Shown: in pieces, positions 39,610 through 49,342 of the stretch | Numbering within the stretch: position 1 is the stretch's first letter | Layout of the letters: the number at the start of each line of letters is the position of its first letter | DNA from: Minisyncoccia bacterium | GTDB lineage: Bacteria > Patescibacteriota > Minisyncoccia > Phycocordibacterales > Phycocordibacteraceae | Length of the DNA stretch: 64,000 nt | Direction: 5' to 3' | Assembly (NCBI GenBank): GCA_050011835.1 | Contig: JBEKII010000004.1 | Span: 8,386-72,385, forward strand | The notes under the pieces: generated by a model | The model's input: the letters and a program-made list of their open reading frames with translations, nothing else | What the model was told of the DNA's origin: nothing | The model's database searches: none | Made by a program: the position numbers and the translations under genes

Positions 39610-41769
39610 ATGACTTCTCACCCGCATACGTCGTGGTGGCATATTCTCTTGGTGCCCATTCTTATATTTTTGGGACTCGGGCTCCTTGCCGCTGGCGGTA
39701 TCCTTATTTTTGTTGCGGTTACTCCCGTTCCTGACATCAGCTCTTTCGCTAATCGCCAAGTTGACCAGTCCACTAAGATTTATGATCGCACCGGCCAAGT
39801 GCTTCTTTATGATTATAATCGAGACGCCAAGCGGGATGTTATTCCACTCGCCTCCATATCGCCCAATGCGATACAAGCAACGATAGCGATTGAGGATTCA
39901 AGTTTTTATGAACACGGCGGCATTCGCCTTACTTCTATTTTGCGCGCGATGCTTGTTGACGCGTTCGGCGGTTCACTTTCCCAAGGCGGCTCCACTATCA
40001 CACAACAGGTAGTGAAAAACACACTCCTTACCAATGAAAAAAGCATTGTCCGTAAAATGCATGAATGGGTACTCTCCTTAAAACTTGAAGAATCGTATTC
40101 AAAGGACCAGATTTTGGAAACGTATCTCAATACTATTTCCTACGGCGGGACTCTCTACGGCATTGAGGCAGCCTCGGAAGCATATTTTGGTATTCCCGCA
40201 AAAGACCTCTCGCTCGCTGAATCAGCGTATCTCGCGGCGATGGTCCAAGCTCCGACATATTATTCGCCCTACGGAGCGAATCGTGCGGCGCTTGATGCTC
40301 GTAAAAATCTTGTGCTTGACCGAATGCATACGCTTGGTTTTATAAACGACACTGACTACGCCTCCGCGAAAGTAGCAACGGTCTCTTTTGCCCCCGCGAA
40401 TCAAAACAATATCATCGCGCCGCATTTCGTTTTTTATATTCTTAATCAACTTGAGGAAAAGTACGGGATGAACGCGCTTGTTTCTGGACTTAAAGTAACC
40501 ACGACTCTCGACGCTGACCTTGAAACAAAAGCCGAATCTATCTTAGACACCTACGCCCTTCAGAATGAAAAAAACTTCAATGCATCAAATGACGCCCTCG
40601 TCGCAATTGACCCTTCCACGGGGCAAATTCTCGCGATGGTCGGCTCGCGTAATTTTTTTGATACGACCATTGACGGACAATACAATGCCGCGCTCGCACT
40701 ACGGCAGCCGGGCTCCACCATGAAACCATTCATTTATTCCCTCGCGCTTATGAGAGGCTATACACGCGATACCGTTGTTTTTGATGCCCCGACACAATTT
40801 TCCACGTCGTGCAAACCATCCGATACGACCAGCACCACCACGCCATGTTATGCGCCTTCCGATTTTGACAATACCTTCCGAGGCCCGATGACATTTGAAA
40901 CGGCGATTGCGCAATCAATTAACATTCCGGCCATCAAAGTTCTCTACCTGGTCGGCATACAAAACGCTATCAATCTCGCGAAATCATTCGGACTTGCCAC
41001 GCTCGGCGATCCGAGCCAATACGGCCTCACGCTCGTGCTCGGCGGCGGCGAAGTGCGTCTTCTTGATCTCACGGGCGCGTATGCCGCGTTCGGTAATGAT
41101 GGGGTACTTAATACACCGACAGGGATTCTTGAAGTGGACGACGCGCAGGGAAACGTGCTTGAGCAATATGCGCCCCAATCATCAGTCGTGGTGCCACAAA
41201 ATATCGCACGCGACATGTCTGCGATGCTCTCCGACGCCCCCGCGCGCATCCCGGAATACGCGCTTAATTCTCCCCTCTCTTTCCCCGGATATGATGTCGC
41301 GGTGAAAACTGGGACGACCAACGATACGCGCGACGCGTGGGTTATTGGATATACACCGTCTATCGCAATTGGCGTGTGGGCTGGCAATAACGACAACACG
41401 CCGATGGTAAAATCGATCGCTGGCTTTATTGCGGCGCCGATGTGGCATGAGGCAATGGCGTACGCGCTCTCAAAATATCCAAAAACGTATTTTGGTGAAC
41501 CGGACCCTATTCCAAATTCCGTACCTCCGATGCTCCAAGGGAATTGGCGCATTCCGGATGCGAACGGTATGATTGTGCCCCACGATTTGCTGTACTGGAC
41601 CGATAAAAATAATCCTCTTGGGCCCCCGCCGTCAGACCCTGCGCAAGATCCCCAGTTCGCCTATTGGGAATACGGCCTTTCTGCACTTTATGCCTCCCAT
41701 CCTGAACTTTTTTCCGGCGGGGTAATGCTCCCGGTGCCACTATCGTCTAGCGCAACAACGACGCCTTAA
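39610..41769 (+). CDS. Class A penicillin-binding protein (PBP1A family)
   Basis: EDSSFYEH, QGGSTITQQ, RQPGSTMKP, S.N, KTGT. Confidence 0.94.
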   Translation: MTSHPHTSWWHILLVPILIFLGLGLLAAGGILIFVAVTPVPDISSFANRQVDQSTKIYDRTGQVLLYDYNRDAKRDVIPLASISPNAIQATIAIEDSSFYEHGGIRLTSILRAMLVDAFGGSLSQGGSTITQQVVKNTLLTNEKSIVRKMHEWVLSLKLEESYSKDQILETYLNTISYGGTLYGIEAASEAYFGIPAKDLSLAESAYLAAMVQAPTYYSPYGANRAALDARKNLVLDRMHTLGFINDTDYASAKVATVSFAPANQNNIIAPHFVFYILNQLEEKYGMNALVSGLKVTTTLDADLETKAESILDTYALQNEKNFNASNDALVAIDPSTGQILAMVGSRNFFDTTIDGQYNAALALRQPGSTMKPFIYSLALMRGYTRDTVVFDAPTQFSTSCKPSDTTSTTTPCYAPSDFDNTFRGPMTFETAIAQSINIPAIKVLYLVGIQNAINLAKSFGLATLGDPSQYGLTLVLGGGEVRLLDLTGAYAAFGNDGVLNTPTGILEVDDAQGNVLEQYAPQSSVVVPQNIARDMSAMLSDAPARIPEYALNSPLSFPGYDVAVKTGTTNDTRDAWVIGYTPSIAIGVWAGNNDNTPMVKSIAGFIAAPMWHEAMAYALSKYPKTYFGEPDPIPNSVPPMLQGNWRIPDANGMIVPHDLLYWTDKNNPLGPPPSDPAQDPQFAYWEYGLSALYASHPELFSGGVMLPVPLSSSATTTP

Positions 41770-41777
41770 AGAAAAAT

Positions 41778-42878
41778 CTATTGGTTCATCGGAGAAACAA
41801 GATATAAAAGTGAGGTGTCACCGACACCTTTTACGATGAGCGGACGGCCAATGCCGGCGGCGGTGAGTGACAGGCTCTCTGCTGTCGAGAGCGCGAATAC
41901 TGCGGAAAGATACCGATAATTAAACGAGAGTTCGAGAGCGCTCCCGGATATGTGTGCAGAAAGCGTCTCTGACGACTCGCCGACATCGGCATTTCGTGCG
42001 AAAAAGGAAAGGTGGTTCTTTTTTGGGTCAAAGCTTATGTTTACTTTTTGGAAGGAGTCGGAAAATATGGTCGTTTGTTTTAGTGCGGTCTCAAAATCTT
42101 TTCGCAGCACAACCGCCTCAACAACCGACTCTTTCGGTATGATTTGGCGGTAATCGGGATACACCGCATTCGTAAGACGTGAAACGAGCATGCCGAGCGT
42201 ACTCACGAACGCGCACTGGTGTTCATCAAAAGACATAATGACATCGTCATCGGGAAGTGCTTGGGCGATATCAAGAGCGTTTTTCGCCGGAATAAGAAAC
42301 TTTCCTTGTGTCCCTTTGTGCGCGAGTGGAACTTTTTTCTCCGCAAGGCGAAACGAGTCGGTTGCAACAGCCGTTAATACGCCACCCTCGATAGAAAGGT
42401 AAATACTCGCCAATTCAGGACGTATGGTGGAGGATGACGCACATGATGCAATAGAGGTAAAAAGAGCGCGCAGAAGAACTCCGGGGATAACTATTCTGTT
42501 TTTGGGATTTTCGGGAAACGGAATTGAGGGGAAGTCCTCATAGGAGGTGGTTTTTATTGAACTTTTACTAGTGCCGTGCGCGAGGGAAACGATATTCCCT
42601 GTGTGCTCGAGGGTTATGTCCCCTTCGCCAGTGAGCGAGCTCGCTATTTGTTGCAGAAGGGTCGCTGGTATCGCAACAACCCCGTCGGTGTTTACTTTTC
42701 CTTTTAATTTTAAGTCAATGCCGGTCTCAAGGTTTGTTGCTCGCATTTTAATTCCCTCATCTCCGGCGATAATAAGAATTGAAGAAAGAGCGGGAAGCAC
42801 GATATTTTTCCGTTCAGCAAATCGCGCAACGATATACACCGCCTCGGAGAATAATTTTTTATCTATTGAAATATTCAT
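41778..42878 (-). CDS. dnaN: DNA polymerase III beta clamp
   Basis: ATNLE, VATDSFRL, YPDY..IIP, SPM; follows dnaA. Confidence 0.95.
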   Translation of the reverse strand: MNISIDKKLFSEAVYIVARFAERKNIVLPALSSILIIAGDEGIKMRATNLETGIDLKLKGKVNTDGVVAIPATLLQQIASSLTGEGDITLEHTGNIVSLAHGTSKSSIKTTSYEDFPSIPFPENPKNRIVIPGVLLRALFTSIASCASSSTIRPELASIYLSIEGGVLTAVATDSFRLAEKKVPLAHKGTQGKFLIPAKNALDIAQALPDDDVIMSFDEHQCAFVSTLGMLVSRLTNAVYPDYRQIIPKESVVEAVVLRKDFETALKQTTIFSDSFQKVNISFDPKKNHLSFFARNADVGESSETLSAHISGSALELSFNYRYLSAVFALSTAESLSLTAAGIGRPLIVKGVGDTSLLYLVSPMNQ

Positions 42879-42990
42879 ATGGTTCTTATTAAGGGTGTTG
42901 ATAAGTGGAAAAGATAATATAACCCATATGTTAATTGCATATTTTTTTCATTATTATAAAAAGAAACTGTTGATATGGTGTACATAACGT
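42879..42990. other. Candidate oriC (dnaA-dnaN spacer)
   Basis: Very AT-rich; DnaA-box-like TGTTGATAA (42896), TGTTGATAT (42968), TGTACATAA (42979). Confidence 0.6.
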
Positions 42991-44343
42991 TCATACAAGA
43001 AGAGTGCGAATAGTTTGTATTTCTTTTATGAGGTCGGTATCCACTAGTATTTCACGCTTTATTTTCTCACAAGAGTGGATAACGGTCGTGTGGTCGCGCC
43101 CTCCCAGTTTCGTGCCGATCGTCGGATAAGAGATGCTGAAATCCTCTCGAAGAATATACATAATAACTTGTCGTGGCCGCACCACCTCCCTCCGCCGCGT
43201 CTTCTCATAAATACTTTCCTCATCTATTCCATAAAATTCAGCCACCTTATCCACAACATTTTTTACCGATATATTTTTTTGCGGCCGAGTGAATGAGCGA
43301 AGCGATTGGCGAACTTCAGAAATATTTGGCGCGCATCCTTTTACCTGAGCGTGGCACACGATACTGTTTATCATTCCTTCCAGTTCTCGTATTGAACCAG
43401 GTAAAGAAGTCGCGACATATTCAACGACTTCATCTGAGAGCATAAACCCATGCATCGCCGCTTTTTTCCGTATGATAGCCATACGCGACTCGGGATCCGG
43501 CTCGCCGATGTCAACGGTCATACCGCTCGCCAATCGCCCCTTCAATCGCTCGGCGATATCAGAAATAAAGGCGGGCGCGTGATCGGAAGAAAAAATAATT
43601 TGCTTATTTGTGTCGTGTAGCGCGTTAAAAAGATGGAAGAGTTCCTCTTGCGTCTTGTCTTTTTTGGAGAGGAACTGCACATCATCCATAATAAGGAGGT
43701 CATACTGGCGATATTTATCCTTGAAACGATTCGCAGAGCCCGCCTGTACAGAGTCCGTATAGTCAACCGCGAACTTTTCCGATGTGAGATAAAACACTTT
43801 TCGTCCCGGATACTGTTTTTTAAATTGATTACCAATAGCTTGGATAAGATGCGTCTTGCCGCGGCCGGTGTCGCCGTAAATGAAGAGCGGATTGTAGGTG
43901 ATGCCCGGCCGTTTTAGTGCCGCTTGCGCGGCTGTATACGCGAGCGTATTGAAAGAACCGATGACAAACGTGTCAAAGGTGTATCGAGGATTCAGGTTAT
44001 CGCTTTTGTTAATGTAAAACTCATCCAAAGGAAGCTCCAGGGCGCCGCTTACGTTTTTTATTTCTCTCAATGGTTTCCGATGCTCATCCTTCACGATGCA
44101 ATATTCAATGTTACGAAATTCATATGATACGCCACGAATAATTTTCAGTAGCAGCGTATGAAATTTCTTTAAATACCAATCCTTAAAGAATTGACTTGGC
44201 ACACCGACATATACCACCCCATCCTCGCCTATCTTCACGATAAAACTGCTACGGAACCATGTATTGAAATTTGCCGCGGAGATAGAAAGCTCAACCTGCG
44301 TCAGTATATACTCCCACAGTTCCTGGAGATTCCCTTTGTCCAT
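42991..44343 (-). CDS. dnaA: Chromosomal replication initiator DnaA
   Basis: LNPRYTFDTF, YNPLFIYG..GRGKTHL, DDVQF, RELEG, GGRDHTTV; start ATG 44343. Confidence 0.97.
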   Translation of the reverse strand: MDKGNLQELWEYILTQVELSISAANFNTWFRSSFIVKIGEDGVVYVGVPSQFFKDWYLKKFHTLLLKIIRGVSYEFRNIEYCIVKDEHRKPLREIKNVSGALELPLDEFYINKSDNLNPRYTFDTFVIGSFNTLAYTAAQAALKRPGITYNPLFIYGDTGRGKTHLIQAIGNQFKKQYPGRKVFYLTSEKFAVDYTDSVQAGSANRFKDKYRQYDLLIMDDVQFLSKKDKTQEELFHLFNALHDTNKQIIFSSDHAPAFISDIAERLKGRLASGMTVDIGEPDPESRMAIIRKKAAMHGFMLSDEVVEYVATSLPGSIRELEGMINSIVCHAQVKGCAPNISEVRQSLRSFTRPQKNISVKNVVDKVAEFYGIDEESIYEKTRRREVVRPRQVIMYILREDFSISYPTIGTKLGGRDHTTVIHSCEKIKREILVDTDLIKEIQTIRTLLV

Positions 44344-44441
44344 GGTGTATGAGAGTATACTCTCGCCAGAAAGGGAGGGTAGAGTAGTGTTTTGTGGAGA
44401 ACCTGTTACTATTGCGTGCATAACTTAAAAACACACTCAAC

Positions 44442-44585
44442 ATGCCTAAACAAACCTACCAACCCAAAAGGAGCAAGCGCGCCAAAACACATGGATTTCT
44501 TTCGCGAATGAGAACAAGTTCCGGCCGCGCAGTCGTGCAAAAACGCCGCCGGAGCGGCCGAATGCGTCTCGCCGTCCAAGATTAA
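44442..44585 (+). CDS. rpmH: 50S ribosomal protein L34
   Basis: [40 protein letters not shown]; not in the ORF track. Confidence 0.95.
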   Translation: MPKQTYQPKRSKRAKTHGFLSRMRTSSGRAVVQKRRRSGRMRLAVQD

Positions 44586-44590
44586 TTTCC

Positions 44591-44890
44591 GTGTTTCCCC
44601 GTAAAAAACGATTTCCACGCGCGCTACTCCCGCTTGCTATTAAAACAGGACGGCGGCGCGCATCGGAGCATTTCACGGCAGTTTTTCCACCAAACAGCGC
44701 GGGTTATGCGATTATTGTTTCTAAAAAAGTCGCCCGTCTTTCTGTCACGAGGCACCGTATCAAACGTCGAGTATCTGCGGTCCTCAGAACGATCTCACTT
44801 CCTCCGGCGTTGCTGCTTTTTCCACAATCGTCCGTAAGTAGTGTAAGCTATCAAGATATAAAAAAAGAACTCACTAACCTTATTTCGTGA
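44591..44890 (+). CDS. rnpA: RNase P protein component
   Basis: VSKKV..LSVTRHRIKR; synteny with rpmH and yidC. Confidence 0.88.
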   Translation: MFPRKKRFPRALLPLAIKTGRRRASEHFTAVFPPNSAGYAIIVSKKVARLSVTRHRIKRRVSAVLRTISLPPALLLFPQSSVSSVSYQDIKKELTNLIS

Positions 44891-45633
44891 TTTCATCTTT
44901 CTTCCATATTGTTTTTTATAATCCGATCTATAACGCTCTTGTCGCGCTCATGGCGCTCGTACCCGGCTCTGATGTGGGTGTCGCCGTTATTTTGCTTACT
45001 ATCGGCATTCGTCTCATTCTCCTTCCCTTTTCGCTCTCGGCGGCGCGCACCCAGCGTGCCATGAAAATATTGGAGCCGAAGATTAAAGAACTGAAAGAAA
45101 AACATAAGGGCAACAGAGAAAAAGAAGCGACTGAAACCCTATCGCTCTACCGCGAGGCGCGTGTAAATCCATTTGCAAGTATTCTTACGGTTTTTATTCA
45201 AATCCCGGTTCTTCTCGCGTTGTATTGGGTCTTCCGTTATGAATCGTTTTCGGTCGTCGATACGATACGGCTCTATTCATTCACTCCCGTGCCCCATGTG
45301 GTCTCGCTCCAATTCCTCGGGCTTATTTCAGTCACCGGCAAGAGTATAGTTCTCGCGGTACTGGCGGGCTTTTCTCAATTTTTCCAAGCGCACATGGCAC
45401 TTTCTGGCATGGGTTCTCTGGATGATACCGCGACCACGAAAGGCGGCTTTCAGCAAATGATGGGCATGCAACTTAAATACGTCTTCCCGTTCCTTATCGC
45501 AATCATCTCCTACACAACATCGGGCGCCATTGCGCTCTACTTCATCACCACAAACCTTGCCGGAGTGTTGCAGGAGTGGTATGTGCGCCGCACCGCCCAA
45601 AAGGAAGCATTAGAGCGAGTAGCCCCAGAGTGA
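44887..45633 (+). CDS. yidC: YidC/Oxa1 membrane insertase
   Basis: LTI.IRLILLP, P.IKELKEK, IQIPV, ALYF...N. Confidence 0.92.
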   Translation: MISSFFHIVFYNPIYNALVALMALVPGSDVGVAVILLTIGIRLILLPFSLSAARTQRAMKILEPKIKELKEKHKGNREKEATETLSLYREARVNPFASILTVFIQIPVLLALYWVFRYESFSVVDTIRLYSFTPVPHVVSLQFLGLISVTGKSIVLAVLAGFSQFFQAHMALSGMGSLDDTATTKGGFQQMMGMQLKYVFPFLIAIISYTTSGAIALYFITTNLAGVLQEWYVRRTAQKEALERVAPE

Positions 45634-46812
45634 GCCGTCATTTTTGTTAACAAAAACAAGTTCGGTGTTTGAGGGGTCAACCGCCAGCGCCTCAGCGTCG
45701 AGCGTGGCACTCGTTTCGTTCGGAAAATCAAGCACGAGTTGCGCGTAACGCCCGGAAACATCTATTTTCCAAATGCGGTCAGAAAATTGGACAGCTCCCT
45801 GATACCAATCGTCAGGGTACGCATAATCGTTTGACGGGTCCACAGGAATACCGCAATAGATGGTTGAATCATCCGTGGTCCACACGCATTTGTCCGCGAT
45901 GGTCGCAACAGGAAGAGGGATCGTATCGCCAGTCATTGTATTCACCAGCTCCATTTGCATTTCTGAGTTCAACGTATAACTCACTAGCGCCCATTTTCCT
46001 GATGGGCTCGCGAGAGCAGCGAGACCATTCAGTGGTCCTGTGATGCGGGAGAAATTTCCATTGCCGTTGACGAGAAACGCATCACCATCGAGTGTCACGG
46101 ATGGTTTGGTATACGCGAGGTACTGGGACTTCCCGGCGAAGGAAACGCGCAGTGCGGAAAGCGGTGTCGTGAATATTTGCGACACATGTGTACCGTCTGT
46201 GTGTTCTAGCGATGCCACGGAGCCATTTACGCCCGACGCGAGAACAAGCACGCCCGTTGAAGAAACCGAAATATCGGAGAGATTTTGCGGCAGGAAAAAT
46301 CCTCCCGTGCCGTTTCCGGGAAGCGCATATGTATTGATGGTGGAAAAATCGTCTCCCGAAAGGTAGCGTACAAAGGCGAACGACGCATTCGGAAGCCACG
46401 TGGCAGATTCAATGCCCGGAACAGTTTTATTGCTTGTTCGGGTGAGTGTTCCCGCGCGCACTTCATATGTGAAAACATTGCCGCTCTGCCGTTCAATATA
46501 ATTAACCCCGACATCTGGAGAGGAGCTGGCATTTGGAGCGGGGATATCGACGGCAGCTTCTCCCGGCACGACCGGCCCCATGCTTATCTTCACGAGCCGC
46601 GCGGTAATTACCGCCGCCGCGCCTGTTTGATTAGATGATGCGGCCGTTTGTCCAGCAGCATTCGACGTCCCCTGCTCCTCCACCGGCAAACTCGTGTTCC
46701 CTGTCGGAGCAATCGAGACGCTGGCCTTGTTGGCGAAAAAATAAAAATACGCGAACACCCCAATTCCTACCAGAACGACGACGATTGCGATAATGATAAG
46801 TGCGCGACGCAT
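45610..46812 (-). CDS. Membrane-anchored beta-propeller-like protein
   Basis: N-terminal TM, beta-rich, KCVW...IYC..P, PDDWYQG. Confidence 0.7.
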   Translation of the reverse strand: MRRALIIIAIVVVLVGIGVFAYFYFFANKASVSIAPTGNTSLPVEEQGTSNAAGQTAASSNQTGAAAVITARLVKISMGPVVPGEAAVDIPAPNASSSPDVGVNYIERQSGNVFTYEVRAGTLTRTSNKTVPGIESATWLPNASFAFVRYLSGDDFSTINTYALPGNGTGGFFLPQNLSDISVSSTGVLVLASGVNGSVASLEHTDGTHVSQIFTTPLSALRVSFAGKSQYLAYTKPSVTLDGDAFLVNGNGNFSRITGPLNGLAALASPSGKWALVSYTLNSEMQMELVNTMTGDTIPLPVATIADKCVWTTDDSTIYCGIPVDPSNDYAYPDDWYQGAVQFSDRIWKIDVSGRYAQLVLDFPNETSATLDAEALAVDPSNTELVFVNKNDGSLWGYSL

Positions 46813-46813
46813 A

Positions 46814-47767
46814 TTATTGGAATATAGTCCAGCTCGGATTACCGGAGCAGGTGTTATTAAGCCAGAAAGAGTTGTCACCACACACTAGAGTTTTCTGTTT
46901 ACATACTGCCGTAATGGGCGCTGGAGTAGTATTCGAACATGTAACAGTATCTGAAATCCAATTTACGCCGTTTATACAAGTTTTCCAACCAAGATTTATA
47001 CTTTTACAGATATTTGCGAATTGAATGGCGTCACTTCCGTTATTCGAATTGCTGGCAGTACTGGCCACAGGTTGCAGTCGGTTAATTGTGCTGTTTATAT
47101 TAAATGTACCTGCTGTATTTATAAATACGTAAGTCTTTTTTGTCCACTGGCAAGATACTATGTATGAATTGACCGTTCCGGACACCATAGTTAATGGATC
47201 AGTCGTTAATGTTGCCCCGCAACTCTGACCCCATGTTTTTGCTGCAGCAAGAGAAGGACAAGTGGCAAATTGAAGAATACCGCTCGTGCCCGTTACCGTA
47301 CATCCACTTGAAGTGTCAACAGTGGGTGTTTGAGTCCCTGTCCCAGTCGATGTCGTTGTCGATGTGAGATTAATCTTCGGAAGATCGAGCGAGAGATTCA
47401 AGATGCTCGGATTGATGATGGAGAAGACAAGCACCGGCGAGAGAACGAGTACGAGGCCGAAAATCGCTTGCCAGATTCTGTTTTTGCTACTCATTAATGT
47501 GCTGACATTGTCCTGATTAGTCGCTATCCGAATACCTTCATAGATAATCACAATAATAGCGAGTATCGCGGCGATGCCGATGAGATATTTGTACAAATTA
47601 TTGAAAAAACCGGCGAGTCCGGCCGAAGTCTCGGGAACATTTTGCGTTAAGCCGGGGATACCTGCGAGCGGGACGAAATTTTGAGTGGCGGAAGCGGCAA
47701 AAACATGCGGTGCGCATCCCGCGAGAAGGAATAGACAGAAAACTGAAATGAGAAGGATTTTTTTCAT
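46814..47767 (-). CDS. Pilin/TrbC-VirB2-like protein with Cys/Thr-rich extension
   Basis: Signal peptide, two hydrophobic helices, K.RI..AI.GL...INP motif. Confidence 0.6.
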   Translation of the reverse strand: MKKILLISVFCLFLLAGCAPHVFAASATQNFVPLAGIPGLTQNVPETSAGLAGFFNNLYKYLIGIAAILAIIVIIYEGIRIATNQDNVSTLMSSKNRIWQAIFGLVLVLSPVLVFSIINPSILNLSLDLPKINLTSTTTSTGTGTQTPTVDTSSGCTVTGTSGILQFATCPSLAAAKTWGQSCGATLTTDPLTMVSGTVNSYIVSCQWTKKTYVFINTAGTFNINSTINRLQPVASTASNSNNGSDAIQFANICKSINLGWKTCINGVNWISDTVTCSNTTPAPITAVCKQKTLVCGDNSFWLNNTCSGNPSWTIFQ

Positions 47768-48753
47768 AAGCCGAATAAGCCGCCGCCGGATGTGGCGCCG
47801 AAGGAGAGCGAAAGTTCCTCAACTGCTCTCGTTGACTCACCCGCCGAGGCGACGAGTGAGAGTGAGGCGGTCCCCTGTCCGCCGCCGGTCGGTCGCAGAG
47901 TTATGGAATTGCCCGTCTGCGCCTCGTTTCCATTTAGAAACCATTGGAGCGATGGCGCCCCGCTCGTTGTCGGAAAAGAAAACGGCGCCGCATAGAGCGT
48001 ATCTTCTGCATTGCTGATGACATAATCGCCGGAGAGCGCATGGTCGTAGAGAATGCCGAGCAACGGGTCGTTCTCATAGATTCGCACCGAGGGGTCTTCA
48101 GCGGCAAGCGAGAGCGATGCGCCGCCGACCAAACTCCCGTCTTGGCTCATCACCGCGACAGAGACCGAGCGTGCGCGGTATTGGAGCGGTGAGGCGACGA
48201 TAATCGCTGTTTTCCCGATGCCGGAAGAATCGGCGATTTGCGTGTCATCAACGGTCCAAGAATAAGAGAGCGTGGCTGGGTCAAATGTTCTTCCGCTCGC
48301 ATCTTGTAAATTTGCTATTGCGACAACGCGCACATCTCCCTCAAGCGGCACCAAAGATTTCCCGGGATAAAGCGGCGGCGCAGAGGAAACCGGTTCAGCG
48401 ATGAGCGCGACATCTTGCGGCTGGATGGAGAGCGTTTGACTATAATTCGTTCCGGCCGAAGTCACCGTCACTTTTATGTTCGTCACACTTCCCGCCTTAC
48501 CTACCGTGACAGAAACCGGCTGCACGCTACCCTGATAAATTTCCTTGCCTGCGGCGGAGACGGTTATTGTGGCATTGGAGAGATCAAGCGTTGATGAAAC
48601 CGCCGAAAGTGTCGCTTGGCCATAGGGTGTTGGATATTGAGGGTCTACTGAGAGGGAAAACGCCGCCGTGCTGTTCATAGGCATTGCCTGCGCAGAGACC
48701 GCCAACGGGAGGAGGAAAACGGCGGTAAGAATGGCAAAGAAAGTAAAACGCAT
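47764..48753 (-). CDS. Secreted Ig-like domain protein
   Basis: Signal peptide, P..YPGK, YSW.VD, A.PF.F, W.LNG. Confidence 0.65.
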   Translation of the reverse strand: MRFTFFAILTAVFLLPLAVSAQAMPMNSTAAFSLSVDPQYPTPYGQATLSAVSSTLDLSNATITVSAAGKEIYQGSVQPVSVTVGKAGSVTNIKVTVTSAGTNYSQTLSIQPQDVALIAEPVSSAPPLYPGKSLVPLEGDVRVVAIANLQDASGRTFDPATLSYSWTVDDTQIADSSGIGKTAIIVASPLQYRARSVSVAVMSQDGSLVGGASLSLAAEDPSVRIYENDPLLGILYDHALSGDYVISNAEDTLYAAPFSFPTTSGAPSLQWFLNGNEAQTGNSITLRPTGGGQGTASLSLVASAGESTRAVEELSLSFGATSGGGLFGL

Positions 48754-48760
48754 GTCTCTA

Positions 48761-49342
48761 TTATATCTCGGCTTGTACCAATTGGGCGGCGCGCGCCTGC
48801 ATAAGCTCTGCGGCTCGTTGTTTTTGTTCCCGCAACGGGTCATTATCCTGCTCCTTTTTCCATTTTTCGTATGCCGCCTTATCTTTTTTAATTTCCGGCG
48901 CATATATTCTCCATGTCATGAGGGAAATACTCGCACCGATACCTGCAAGCAACCAGAGGATGGAGAACGAATTTTCCTTGAATACACGCCCGTTTTTCGC
49001 GAAGATGATGAAAGTCACAATGAGCCAGCCGAGAAATCCGACTGCCATTGCCATCACGGTACCGAATGCGGCGATTACTGGAGCGGCGAAATAACCGACC
49101 GCGGTAGCACCGGCGCCGCATACCGCAGCCGCAGTCTTCGCTCCCAATAGTCCGACCGTCCACGTCTTTATTGTGCCGCTTACCGTCAGGGTGCAAATCA
49201 CTCCGCCCAACGCTGGCCCGAAAAACCAGAACGAGAGAAACATATACCGTAACGCGTCAGATATCCCGCTTGCGCAAAGCTCCGGCAGCGCTTTCCCCCA
49301 CGTCATCACCTTCGGCGGCTGGCTATTTTTTTTCTGCGGCAT
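48761..49342 (-). CDS. Membrane hypothetical protein
   Basis: Several TM helices within the VirB4 operon. Confidence 0.6.
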   Translation of the reverse strand: MPQKKNSQPPKVMTWGKALPELCASGISDALRYMFLSFWFFGPALGGVICTLTVSGTIKTWTVGLLGAKTAAAVCGAGATAVGYFAAPVIAAFGTVMAMAVGFLGWLIVTFIIFAKNGRVFKENSFSILWLLAGIGASISLMTWRIYAPEIKKDKAAYEKWKKEQDNDPLREQKQRAAELMQARAAQLVQAEI